From: Octopus bimaculoides
Lineage: Eukaryota
Direction of reading: 5' to 3'
Assembly (NCBI RefSeq): GCF_001194135.2
Contig: NC_068982.1
Span: forward strand, 134,134,323-134,198,322
Length of the DNA: 64,000 bases
The notes under the pieces were generated by a model that was given only the letters and a program-made list of their open reading frames with translations, had not been told where the DNA came from and did no database searches. This document shows, piece by piece, positions 12,435-25,833 of this stretch. The first letter of the stretch is position 1, and every line of letters begins with the position of its first letter. The position numbers and the translations under genes are program-made.

Positions 12435-12790
12435 CTCGAATGATGCTTTTTACATACCACCAGCATGGGTGCCAGTCAGGTGGCATGGGCATTGATCATG
12501 CTCGAATGGTGCTCTTTACATGCCACCAGCATGGGTGCCAGTCAGGTGGCATGGGCATTGATCATGCTCGAATGGTGCTCTTTACATGCCACCAGTNNNN
12601 NNNNNNAATGGTGCTCTTTACATGCCACCAGCATGGGTGCCAGTCAGGTGGCATGAGCATTGATCATGCTCGAATGGTGCTCTTTACATGCCACCAGCAT
12701 GGGTGCCAGTCAGGTGGCATGGGCATTGATCATGCTCGAATGGTGCTCTTTACATGCCACCAGTATGGGTGCCAGTCAGGCGGCACTGGC
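12435..12790. repeat. 66-bp tandem array inside a family D SINE, containing a 10-N gap
   Basis: Unit ctcgaatggtgctctttacatgccaccagcatgggtgccagtcaggtggcatgggcattgatcatg; 22-aa period in the ORF track. Confidence 0.9.
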
Positions 12791-13147
12791 ATCGGCAACA
12801 ACTACAATTTCATGTAACAAGAAGATTTTAAGATCAGCTGCCTTTAGGAACACCAACATGCTGACGGTTTAGTTCTTATAGTTATATACATTCTAAATTT
12901 GTAGAATTTTCTGACACAAGCAATCTAGAATCAAGAAACCTCGAAGTAAACTAAGCAAAAAGCCAAGGTTAGAGTAAGTAGGAAAGATGACAGGAACAGT
13001 ACTATCAAGGAAATGGCTATAAATAATATGCAGACATAAGTTCTCTCACATGCTCAGATGGCTCCCTAGAAGCTTCCAGTTACTTAAGTGAACTAATTAG
13101 CAATGAAAGCAAGAGATCTAAAAATATAACAGCCAGAGTAAGAATTT

Positions 13148-13558
13148 ACTCTTTTACTTGTTTCAGTCATTTGACTGCGACCATGAAGGGGCACCGCCTT
13201 TTAGTTGAGCAAATCGACCCCAGGACTTATTCTTTGAGCCTAGTACTTATTCTATCAGTCTCTTTTGCCGAACCGCTAAGTTACAGGGATGTAAACATAC
13301 CACCATCGGTTGTCAAGAGATGCTGGGAGGACAAACACAGACACACAAACATATACACACACATACATACATACATACATATATATACATATATACGACG
13401 GGCTTCTTTCAGTTTCCGTCTACCAAATCCACTCACAAGGCTTTGGTCGGCCCAAGGCTACAGTAGAAGACACCTGCCCAAGGTGCCACACAGTGGGAAT
13501 GAACCTGGAACCATGTGGTTGGTAAGCAAGCTACTTACCACACAGCCACTCCTGCACC
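13148..13558 (-). mobile_element. Family C SINE, near full length
   Basis: Homologous to 10510-10885. Confidence 0.8.
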
Positions 13559-14138
13559 TTGGTCAAGAAAAAAATTTAGACAGTTAACACCACTGTTAGT
13601 AACAAAGGTTTCCTTTTTCAAAATGAAAGACATCAGACTTAAATGTAATGCTGCATCATAGTGAGACATGGGTCTTGAATGCAACAGATTTACAAAATCT
13701 AGAAAGAAACAAAGCCAACAAAATCTGTTGGATGAGTAATGTTAGTGAACATGAATGTTTGAGCACAAATGAGATAAGAGAGAAAACCTGGACCTAAGGG
13801 GAATCAGATGTAACGAGCAAGTGAAGACTGCTCTGGCACTACAGTTACATGATGTATATGGAAAGTGACAAATGTAGATGGAAAAATATGAAAGGTACTG
13901 AAAGTGGATGGAACTTGGGAAAGAGCTGAGACCTAAGTGGACATGATATGAATTGGTGAAGACTGACATCAGAATTCTGAATCTTATGAGAGAAATGACA
14001 AAGAACTGCAATGATTTTTGATACACAGTACCAAAGAAAATTCGTCCATCTGTATAAGCATAGCAAAAAGAATGTTGAAATGGTGGAAATAATTGAGGAT
14101 AAGGGCGGGGTTATATAATTTACATTTGGATCTATTGT

Positions 14139-14479
14139 CATATGAGACCCCCTTCGGTCATGACTGACCATGGGATTGCACCTAGAAAGTTACCCTCCAA
14201 GGTACAAGTCCGGGCAAGGTTGTTTATGAGAGACCAGCAGTCGCCCATGCATACCGGCCTCCCCTCCCCCCGCCACCAGTGTTATCCAAGGGAAAGGCAA
14301 AGGTCGATACAGTTTGGCACCTGTGACGTTGCAACTCATTTCTACAGCTGAGTGAACTGGAGCAACGTGAAATAAAGTGTCTTGTTCAAGAACACAACAT
14401 GTAGCCTGGTCCGGGATTCGAACTCACAACCTCACGATCGTAAGCTCGACGCCCTAACCACTGAGCCATGTGCCTTCAC
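14139..14479 (-). mobile_element. Family B SINE, near full length
   Basis: tRNA-like head (reverse of ggattcgaactcacaacc...cctaaccactgagcc); homologous to 16930-17276. Confidence 0.8.
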
Positions 14480-15021
14480 TTATATATATGTCATATATAT
14501 CCCTAATAACCCTGTATATGCTGTCCCACCTGAAACACAATGCTCTCACTCAACTTTTTCTATTTGTGTAATAACAGTGGACAAGAGTGGATCTTTTCTC
14601 CTCTGACCTATACCATGATACCAGTGTAACAAAAGGTGTCCCTGGATCTATGCACATTCTACTACCATCTTTATCACTCTACCTTCTTCTCGCATCAACA
14701 TGTCTATGTATGAGGTATTTGTTCATATCCATACACACTAGTATCACCCTTTCTGTGCTGCATCACCCCCACTCCTGTTCATTTGTTATTGAGATCCAAT
14801 AGGTGCAGGTATGACTATGTGGTAAGAAATTTGCTACATGGTACCTAGTTCAGTCTTACTGTGTGACATCTTGGGTAAGGTCTTCTACATAGCCCTGGAC
14901 CAACCAAAACCTTGTGAGTGGATTTGGTGGACAAAAACTAAAAGAAGTTTGTCGTGTGCGTGTGTGTGCGTGTGAGTATGTTACTAGCTCCTTGTTTGAT
15001 GTTATACGATAGTTGTAAACA

Positions 15022-15450
15022 GTCATCATCATCATCATCGTTTAATGTCCACTTTCCATGCTGGCATGGGTTGGACAGTTTGACAGAGGGGTGACAAGAC
15101 AGAAGGCTGCACCAGGCTCCAATCTGATCTGGCAAAGTTTCTACAGCTGGATGCCCTTCCTAATGCCAACCACTCTGAGAGTGTAGTGGGTGCTTTTACA
15201 TGCCACCGGCATGAGGGCCAGTCAGGTAGTTCTGGCATCGACCACATTTAAATGGTGCTTTTCACATGTGACTGGCATGAGAGCCAGTCAGCCGGCACTC
15301 GCATCAACCACGCTCGAACAGTACTTTTTACATGCCACCAGCATGGGAGTCAGTCAAGCAGCACTGGCAACGATCACACTTGAATGGTGCTTTTTACATG
15401 CCACCAGCACAGGTGCCAATCAGGTGGTACTGTCATCGACCACGATTATA
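15022..15450 (-). mobile_element. Family D SINE with four diverged ~66-bp internal units
   Basis: (CAT)n start; repeated tggtgctttttacatgccacc units. Confidence 0.75.
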
Positions 15451-17396
15451 TTCTGTGAAAACATGTCTGGTCATGGAGAAGCATTATCCAACTTGGAAAT
15501 AGGTGAGGATTAGTGACAGGAAGGGCATCTGGCTATAGAAAATCCAGTTCAAAAAATTCCATCTGAGCCATGTAAGCATGGAAAAGTGGACATTGAAAAG
15601 ATGGAGGTGATCAATCTCTCATAACTTTGCCTATCTCTATTACCATTCATCACTCAATTTCTCACCAGCAAACTTGTAACTCCTCCAATTATAGCCTCTC
15701 AAACAGTCTCTCTTCCATTGCCTCCCACAGCACAGTCACACTTCCATTACTCTCTTTTTTACCATCTTCTTCCCGCAATTTCTCTATTTCTATTATCACA
15801 CTCTGTATATCTTTTATTCACTCACCTGATCTTTCTGTCCTTGCTTTATCTTCTACTCATCCCTCTTGATCACACTGTCTTAGACAAATAGAGACATTGT
15901 AGAGTGGTGAGGCCCCTTGAGCCTTATGAAACACAAATCAACCTTACTACTGCTTGTTCAACAATATAATGTACTCACTCTCTCTGATCGGGTAACCATG
16001 TACCTCCTCTACAGCAAGACACTTGTTTCTCTCTCTCTGTCACACTCTAACTGTTCATCATCTGACACAAGATCACCTCCAACAACGCTCCTTCCCTCTC
16101 AAAGGTTCTTTGTCTTGCAAGTTACTTGGTGGCCCTGCCAGTGCTGATGCCACATAAAAAGCATCCAGTCCACACTGTAAAGTGGTTGGCATTTGGAAGG
16201 GTATCCAACTGTAAAAATCATGCCAAAACTGACCACGTAAAAAGCACATAAAACACACTCAGTCCACTCTCCTGGGTGACCAGTGTTAGGAAAGGCATTC
16301 AGCTGTAAAAACCATACCAGAACAGACACAGAAGTCTGGTGTAATCTTCTGCCTGGCCAGCTCCTGTCAAATCATCCAACCCATGCCAGGATGGGAGGTG
16401 GATGTTAAATGATGATGGTGATGATAATGAATTCACCATATAATGGTTGGTGCTAGGAAAGTTATCCAGTCATCCAGTCACAGAAACAATGCTAAAAATT
16501 TAATATATAAACCAGTTGTGGTCCTCCGACTCATCTAGGTAAACAGTAACTCTAAATAATATCTGACTGACTGTGACAACTTGTCCAAAACAGGCCAGCA
16601 TGGCAAGCAAATTTAGAAAACACAAAACCTATCTGTTTTGTAAAGCTCCTCTTCTCATGTTTTACTCTACCTCATCTCCTGCCTAGAATCATCGCATACA
16701 CTTTTTTGTTCTCTCTTGGTTACAGGGGGCCACTTTAGGCCATTAATCTTGCATGTTATGAGGTGATGGTTACTGATGCTGATATATATATATAAAAAAA
16801 AAAAATCCAATAGATGTGCAAAATGGTGATGTTAGGAAGGTCATTCAGATGTGGAAAACATGAAAGTAGATATTGGAGCATGACATGGTCCAACCATGTC
16901 AACAGTCCAACCCATATCAGCATGGAGGATAAAGAACCCCTTTGGTCATGAATGATCATGGGATTGCACCTAGAAAGTTCCCTTCCGAGGCACAAGTCCG
17001 GGCGAGGTTGTTTATGGAAGACCAGCAGTCACCCATGCATACCAGCCTCCTCACTCCATGCCATCACCAATGTTATCCAAGGGAAAGGCAATGATTGATA
17101 CAACTTGACACAAGTGATGCTGCAACTCATTTCTATAGCTGAGTGAAATGGAGCAACATAAAATTCACGAAATCAAGTGTCTTGCTCAAGAACACAACAC
17201 AGCCTGATTTGGGATTTGAACTCACTACCTCATGATTGTGAGCCCAGCACTCTAATCATTGAGCCATGCACCTTCACAGGGAAAGCCTGACATTAAATGA
17301 TGGTGACAATACCTTCATGGATAAAAATGTGGAATCAGGTGTGTTGGTATCAATCTTTTGTTTGGATTTCAATAATGAATAATTACCTTCATATAT

Positions 17397-17434
<38 letters not shown>

Positions 17435-17559
17435 TACTAAATATAAACAATGGAATTACAAAAAAAAAATGCAGTGTGGTTTCAGGCAGAGTGAAAAGGA
17501 AGCAGCATTTCATGTGTAATAGATGCACTGAAGTTTGACTAGCAGCAAGACGACTAAAG

Positions 17560-18230
17560 AAATGAAAAAAGTCAATTAACCCTTGACAGAAGTTGTAAAT
17601 GGTTTCTGTTACCTAGGTGACCTAATCAGTAGTTAAGGTGAGTGTTGCAAAAGCAGAGTAATCAGAGTGAGAACAGATTAAAAAAGTTGAAGGAAATATT
17701 TGGAGAAAAAAGTCAATTTTTGTTGACAAGAAAAGGCATTTTTCTCCAAATAAAAGGCAAACTGTGTGGCACATGTGTATCAAGTGTAATTTTGCATAGT
17801 AGCAAGACACAGAATTTGAATGTGGAAGAGATGTAAAGGCCTGAAAGAGATGAGGCAAGTACATTCAGCTGATTGCATAGTGTTAGCATACAAGAACAAT
17901 GGAGCAAAAAGAAGTTGAGAGGAAAGCTGAATATAAAATCAATTAGATGTAGTGTGCAAGAGTTAGGACTGCAGTGCATCTACATACGTGTGATGACAAT
18001 AGTGGTGTAAAGAGATGCTGAGTTCTCAAAGGGGATGGAACTTGTGAAAGGGGAAGACCTAGGAAGATATGGGACAAAATGGTGAAGACTGATTTCAAGA
18101 GCTGAACCTCCTAAAGGAGATGACAAAGAACCATGATGAATGGTAACAAGTGATGCTAGAGCAGACCCAACCATCTGTGCAAGCATAGCAAAACACATGT
18201 TCAAATAGAGATTGGGATATGCAACATGTC
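17560..18230 (+). mobile_element. Degraded RTE-clade LINE 3' fragment; another at 13610-14130
   Basis: FCYLGDLIS-like and C-terminal RT remnants; its tail resembles the family D SINE tail. Confidence 0.6.
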
Positions 18231-19377
18231 TACATTTAGCTATCCCCTTTAATGTGCTCCACTTAAGTTTACCTCTACTGCCCTCTCCTTCTCCCACTTA
18301 TTGTGCTATGCTGCCAATATAACAGGAGATGGCATTGCATCTATCTACTTTCAAACTGGCTCACCATCACCCTTTATTACACCACTTGCCCTCCATCATA
18401 ACACTTTTATAATGAAGGATGACATAAGATCTGTCTGTATCTAATACCCCTAACTATTACATCTCTTTACTGCTAGCTATCACACTCTCACTCTCTCTCT
18501 CTCTCTCACTTTTTACTGACATTCCTTGCTCTCTCTTACTATCATTTGTTCTCTCTTACCATAAACAATCATATTACTATCCTTCATTCTCTCTCTCACA
18601 ATACACGTTCTCAATCTCCTTACCAAAAACCAACATGTAGCTGCCTCTCTTCCAGCTCCTATCACCCTGTTTTTCCCCATAATACACATACTCTCTTCCT
18701 TTCCCTTCTAACCCTAACACTCTTCCTCTTATTTCACACCTTTCTGTTCACTCTCTCAATCATGCTTTCCCTGAATGAATGGAGGCAATTTAGTTTTGCA
18801 TAAGACAGGACAACCTCTCTAGTACTGGTGCCATGACAAAATGCACTCAGCACACAGTGTAAAGTGGCTGGAAAATGAATGGTGATAATGAAGGCTTGAG
18901 AAAACACTTTAGTCTCATCAACAATATGAAAAACGTTCTCATAGTGGTACTATGACAAAATGTACTCAGTACATTAAGTGGTAAATGTTAGGAAAGGCAC
19001 CCAACAGAGGAAAACATGCCTCAAAATGGCACAAACGGAGAGCATGGTCCACCAACATGTCTAAGAGGGCTGTAACTCAAAATAAGAACTGGCTTGGGTT
19101 ACAACAACCAATCCAACCCATACCAGCATAGAAACTTAACTAGTTGATTTAATACTCCATGTAATTTTGTCATTTCCAAATAATTGATTTCCCAGAATAT
19201 AATATTAATAGTTATAGTTATTTCATATTGCTTTTCTATGTACTAAGCCACTGCATCAAGACAAATATAACTTGAAGGAAGCAGAAAAATGCTTCTGTTA
19301 AAGACAGCCTTAAAACCTCACTAAATGTCAGCTAGTATAACATGTACAATTACTATATTATTACCACATGTTATGTA

Positions 19378-20262
19378 CGAGGTGGTATCAAAAAGTTCCC
19401 GGACTAGTTACATATCAAGTCAACAGATGGTAGCACACAGTTGCATGCACAGTGAGAGCTAGCAGTGACCTTCATGAAGCAGTGTGCCAATTGAGATCAC
19501 TGTGTTTACTTCGCAAGTTGTGAAATTTGTGTTTTTGTGATCACAAGTATGTTGTAGTCTGTGGTTTTTGTCATGGACATAAAATTGGAACAAAGAGCTA
19601 ACATGAAATTTTGTGTTAAACTTAGTAAGTCTGCCACAGAGACATTGAGCATGCTTTGGCAAGTTTATGGTGAAGAAGCAATGGGTTATGCACAATGTTT
19701 TGAGTGATATGGGCACTTCAAAAGTGGAAAAACATACCTGCAAGACAATGTGTGATCTGGAAGACTTGCCATGAGTGTCACCCCCAGAAATGTGGAGAAA
19801 ATCTGTCAGCTTGTGCATGAGGATCGTCAGAGGACAATCAACCACATTGCTGATAATGTGGGTCTGTGCAGACAATCCTAACAACTGAATTCTTCACAAT
19901 GACAATACACCCTATCACCAAGCTTTTCTCATTTGTGAGTTTCTTGCCAAAAACAACTTTGTATCACTTCTATTTGCCAGATTTAGCACCCACGGACTTC
20001 CATCTCTTCCCCAAAATGAAAATGTAGCTCAAAGGTCACCATTTTAAAACTGTTGTTGAAATCAAGAGCGACTCACAGAAGGTCCTCAACTCACTTATGG
20101 AAAACGGCTTCCAGGCTGGATTCCAAAAGTGGAAGGAACATTGGGATTGGTGTATTACTGAGCAAGATGACTATTTCAAAAGAGAATATGTTAAAACTTA
20201 GGTAAATAAGTTTTTTTTTTTATCAAACATAACTAGTCTGGGAACTTTCTAGTACCACCTCG
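19378..20262 (+). mobile_element. Internally deleted mariner transposon with decayed transposase
   Basis: TA TSD; TIRs cgaggtggtatcaaaaagttcccggactagtt and aactagtctgggaactttctagtaccacctcg; MDIKLEQRANMKFCVKL from 19573; HNDNTPYH...PDLAPTDFHLFPKMK; stops present. Confidence 0.92.
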
Positions 20263-23200
20263 TAAGTATTTTGTGTGCTTTCATTTACAATCTTCATTAT
20301 TACTTTTGGAAACAAAATATAACGTACCTCCACAAATTCATAGCTGCATAAGGCTATGTTACTGCAGGGTTAAGAAATGGGACAGTATTGCATATTGTTA
20401 AGAATGGAGTGCCTCAATCTATTTGATTGAAGATATGGTCCATTCTAACTCACTGTTGGGTAGTTTGTGCCAGAAGGTACCTAGCTGTAAAAATACCTGT
20501 CCTAATACTGAGCAAATGAGCAACTTTGTCATTGATAGATTCAAAGAAAGACAACCAGCTGAAAGGTTTATGGTTTATATACTATTACAATCCCTGAATG
20601 TATATCTATGGCTAAAAAAAACCAACACTCAAGAGCTGAACCAACTGAGCTTTCTTAGTGAACACACTGACAGATGTGATTGATTGTTGAAAACAATACT
20701 GTAGAATTGACAGATGTAATTAGTTGCTTTGTTGTGCAGGTTTAAGTTCCTGCTACAGAAATCCAGTATCTCTATCCAAGAGGAGAGCTTATTTTTTCCA
20801 TCATTATTGCCTCATAGATCCTTGTCATTCAGATAAATAAGCAAACTCTCAAGATGCATGTCATTTAGAAATAGAAGAGAGTATTATATAGTTAATAATT
20901 TCTTTTTTTTTACTTCACTGGCTACAACTTGAAGTAAACTTGCTTCATTGATCATCTCATCAATAATTAAAAGTGGACATTATGTATTTCAATCTTGACT
21001 TTTACACCATTAAATTTCTAATACTAGTTTTATTAACATCTAAATGATTGAAATAGAATTCAGACTCTGTACTTTAGTGTACCAAACACTTAACTATATA
21101 ATATTCAATCTAGTGCATCATCACAGATCATACTTAGCTGCTTCAAAAGATTTCAATAATGACTAACTGATTTAGTAGATTGAGTAGATTATGATTAAAA
21201 GCAGTCTAACCACAACCATCTCATCTTTTTAACAAACATATTGTATCTGGGCCAACATTATTTTTACAATGGTAACATGTAATTTGAGAAATATTTGGCC
21301 ATTATTTCTAGCAAATCAAGTGACCACATAGCTTCCTTTGTTGGCTCATAAGAATAATAGTATTTTTTCTTTCTTGTAATTCTTGCAAGAAAGGTGCAAT
21401 TTGAGAAGGCCCAGTGGAGAATTTAATTAACTTTACTTATTAGCAATGCAGAACACATATCTAAAGACACAGCCTTCAATGATGCAACAACTTTAGCAAT
21501 ATTAATTAAAAAGTACAAAGAAAAATATGGAAATGTTTATACTGATAGTGATTCTCTGATGAAGGAAGAAATAATTAATGTCTTTTGAAGGTTATGAGGA
21601 AAAGTTAAGTGAGTTACTGGTGACTATTTCTTCAACCACTGAGGGTGAAAGATGGATGTTGGCCCAGACCAGATTTTAGTTCAGAAACCTGAGAAACATA
21701 GCTACATCTAACAAGACATTTAGTCAGATGTCCTACTATTTCTAGTATATCATCATGTTGGATGAAGAAGAGAAGACCAGCTACTAATAAAGTAACTTGA
21801 AATTATTCAGATCATAAAGGATACTAACCCACTTGAGACCATTTCTGGTTCTTTGATATAAATGTCATGATTTAAAGGGATTTAAGTTAAAATGTTCCAT
21901 CAAAATTTATTGTTAATTCACGAATTCATCATTATTTTCAAAATTAATTGAAACAAAATCAGCATATTTCAACAGAGAGGGTAACAAAAACAGGTTAAAA
22001 AAAAAACTATTAAAATTTTCAACTGTTGAAGACACGCTGAGCAAAACAAAATTGGTGTTTTAGGAATTCAGGTTTGTTGTTAAGGTAAATATAAAAGCTC
22101 TAAAAAAGCTACCTAAGATCAGAACATAAACAACTGTATTCTAGTTAAAAATAATCAGTAATTTAGTATGAATATTGAAACTGAATCTTGTAGCACTTGT
22201 AACAAATTATATTAATTCTCTCCTTAAATTTTAAATCTGATGCACAAGGCCGATTTTTTTAAAGGGGAATTACTATGTTAATAAATCAATAAGTATTATA
22301 AAGATCTATTTACTCCATTAGATAGTGTTAAATGTTTAAGGGCCCCTGAATTGATGGTACTAATTAGTGACTGTGAGTCTATTAAAGTGAATTTAGTTTT
22401 CAAGAAGCTGGAGGAAGGGGTAAGTTCCATATCCAATTGTTAAAAAGATGTTTTGATGAAAGCTTTTCTAGAAATTACTTACCTAAATATGCAGGAAATA
22501 TTTCAGTTATCTAACAAAGGAATACAAGGAATGGAAAGCAAATAAACCTTTATTCAGTGAAAATATTTTTACAAGAATTGTGATTTCCTATTTAACAATT
22601 ATTTATTTCAGATTGTAATTTTTGTTTCTTACAATTTTGCCTTACTTTAAACTCCTTGCTGGTGCTGTTTTGGAAAGGTATGAAGGTCACCAACTCCTAT
22701 TTCTACTATCTAGAAATAATCCTGTCTATTTAAGAAATTGATATTTATGGATAATAATGCAGTAATAATATTTTTATCTCAATGGCTGCACTAATGAGCT
22801 TACCACAACTCCTCATTGCTTCTCTGTCCTATCTCAAGGATCAATTACCTTTTTATGACATAATCTATGAAAGAACATAGCCCTATGGTTAGGGTAATTG
22901 ATCCCAAATCATAAGTTCATGATTTCAACTTTCAGACAGAGCAATGCATTGCATTCTTGAGCAAGACACTTCATTTCATATTGTTTTCTAGTCAACTCAA
23001 CTGAAAATGGAAACTGGGATAATCTCTTACCTAATGACAGACCTGTTTAAAATGTAATCTAGTAAATCCTTTTGAATGAGTATTCAATTTAAAAAAAAAA
23101 TATGGGTCCTTATTGAAATCAAAATTTAAGAGACAAGAAAGAAAAAGAAGTCATTTATTATTTTTTTTTATTTTTATTTATTACAAGTAAGAATTTCTGG

Positions 23201-23512
23201 GTTCCAGTAGTTTTTTGGCATACTGTGTGGTTAGGAAAGTGACTAAAGTAAAAACAAAGCAACTGCTAATAAACTGTATGCAAAATAAAATTTTAGTTTA
23301 AAACTTTTCTCTTCCTAACTGATGTTAATATTTTCATTTCTGGTGCTGTTAAATTTTGCTTATACAATGGTTACGCATTAGTTTATGTAAACTAGGAGCA
23401 ATCAAGGTTTAAAAAATGACATTGCACACGAAATTATGTGTTAAAGCAGTTGTTTCATTTCATGAATTTGTATTTACAAATCAGAATGAGTATAAATGGG
23501 GAAGGGGAGGGG

Positions 23513-23549
<37 letters not shown>

Positions 23550-23767
23550 TGATCAAAAATATTTAGTTATTAACAAAATATATTACATCTTAATTTCTAA
23601 TGAATATCAACAGATTAGATGAAAATAGGTTATATAATATGTAACCATTGTTAAAAGAGTTAAGAAAAGTGAGTTGTGATATTAGGCAGAGACAAATAAA
23701 TGTATAGTGAAGCTGGTATGATATGAGGCATCTTTTACAGTCATTCCTCTTGGTATTTGTATACCTT

Positions 23768-23812
<45 letters not shown>

Positions 23813-25483
23813 AGTGTTAATATTTTATAAGCTTAAAGCTTGTAAGCAATCATTGTGCAATGACTAAAGAAAATAGTCTAATATTGGTGCATATAAGCCC
23901 TTGATAGAAAAAAGGTTTCCCATGCACATGGGAAACCTACATTTTTCTGCTGAAAGTTTATATGCCTCAATATTCGACTATTTTCTTTAGTCATTGCATG
24001 GTGATTGCTTATAAGTTTATAAAATATTATTATTATTATTATTTACAGAATTGTAAAAATCAATGCTGCTTACCAAAAACTGTTGCATACATATATATAT
24101 ATATATATATATCAAGTTGAAGTTGCTGGATAATGTCTAAAACTTTTAACATACAGAAAAGTTTTAAGTTTAATCTGATCAAGGATACTTGATGCATAGT
24201 TGCAACCTTGGCAATTAGACTATGAGGATGTGAAAATGGCTTTGCCCAAATCAATGCACACATTCTCAGTCCTTCTCAATTACAGTTATATATATATATA
24301 TTTTCTCTCCTACTATCCAATTTCAGCAACATTTTTTTTACACTCAGAATTGTTGAAGAATGGAATAAACTACTTACATTAATTGTTTAGCTATTGGGAC
24401 ACTTCATCCTTCAAAACTTCCATGCTTCTTGAAATTCACCAACAATATACCTGATGTCCCCCTACCACATCCCTTTTTTCATTCATTTCCTGTGAATATT
24501 TTAAGTACTGTTCATGCATTTTGGCTACTTTTTCTGATGAGTTGTAGTGCATCTGAGCATTGTATACAATAACTTTGTTATTTTTCATCGTCATCATCAT
24601 CATCATCATTATTTAATGTCCATTGTCCATGCTGACATGGGTTGGATGGTTTGACCAGGGCTGGTAAGCAGAGGGGCTGCACCAGACTCCAGTCTGATTT
24701 TTGTATGGTTTCTACAGCTGGCTTCCCTTTCTAACACTAATCACTCCAAGAATATAATGAGTGCTTTTATGTGCCACTGACACGGGTGCCATTTGCATGA
24801 CACCAGTATCTGCCATGACTATGGTTTCACTTGGCTTGATGGGTCTTCTACTCAAGCACAGCATATTGCTAAAGGTCTCAGTCATTTGTCATTGCCCCTA
24901 TGAGGCTCAACACACGATAGGTGCTTTTTACGTGTCACTGGCATGGGTGCTAGTTATGTGACACCGGCATCTGCCACATTGCCTCGATGAGGTGATTATT
25001 ATTATTATTATTATTATTATATTATTATTACTATAAAATGATGATTTGTTAACAGTATATACACTTTAAAAGTACCTATTTCACCCACTGCATCCATTTT
25101 AATGATTTGCAAGCCATCTCCCACACCAAAATAAATTTTCTTTATCTACATGTCAAGCTAGCATATAGTTAGTTGCCTAACTATAAATTTGGCTGGGTCA
25201 CCTGGGTGAGCATGTCTGATGTTGAAAGACACGAAACACCTAATGACCACCCACCCTCCTTCCCCCGGAAACATCACAGGATGATGTATGGAGAAGCATT
25301 CACTTCAATAATTTTTGCAGAAACATAGAAATAGTATGAGTATGCTCCTGATTTATTTTCTTAACATCTTAGCATCTCACCCAGAGAGAAAGAGAAATAT
25401 GAAGTACAATCTGCAAAACTTAGAATATTTACTGCATTTTTACCACAAATAAAGTTTCAGAAAATCACTTTACAGAGTATGCT

Positions 25484-25833
25484 GAGTACTTTTATGTGGT
25501 ACCAGCATGAGTATTTTTGTGTAGTACCAGCATGAGTACTTTTATGTGGTACCAGCATGAGTACTTTTATGTGGTACCAGTATGAATATTTTTATGTGGT
25601 ACCACCATGAGTACTTTTATGTGGTACCAGTATGAATATTTTTATGTGGTACCAGCATGAGTACTGTTATCTGGTACCAGCATGAGTACTTTTATGTGGT
25701 ACCAGTATGAGTACTTTTATGTGGTACCAGCATGAGTACTTTTATGTGGTATCAGCATGAGTACTTTTATGTGGTACCAGCATGAGTACTTTTATGTGGT
25801 ACCAGCATGAGTACTTTTTACGTGCCATCAGCA
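25484..25833. repeat. 25-bp minisatellite (gagtacttttatgtggtaccagcat), about 14 copies
   Basis: Contiguous units with no spacers; resembles a segment of the family D SINE. Confidence 0.92.

Noticed and set aside
23025-23045. Second AG|GTAAGA juxtaposition on the minus strand
   Set aside because: Poor pyrimidine tract; expected by chance
25484-25833. CRISPR-like appearance of the 25-bp and 66-bp arrays
   Set aside because: The units are contiguous with no unique spacers, there are no cas genes, and the context is eukaryotic
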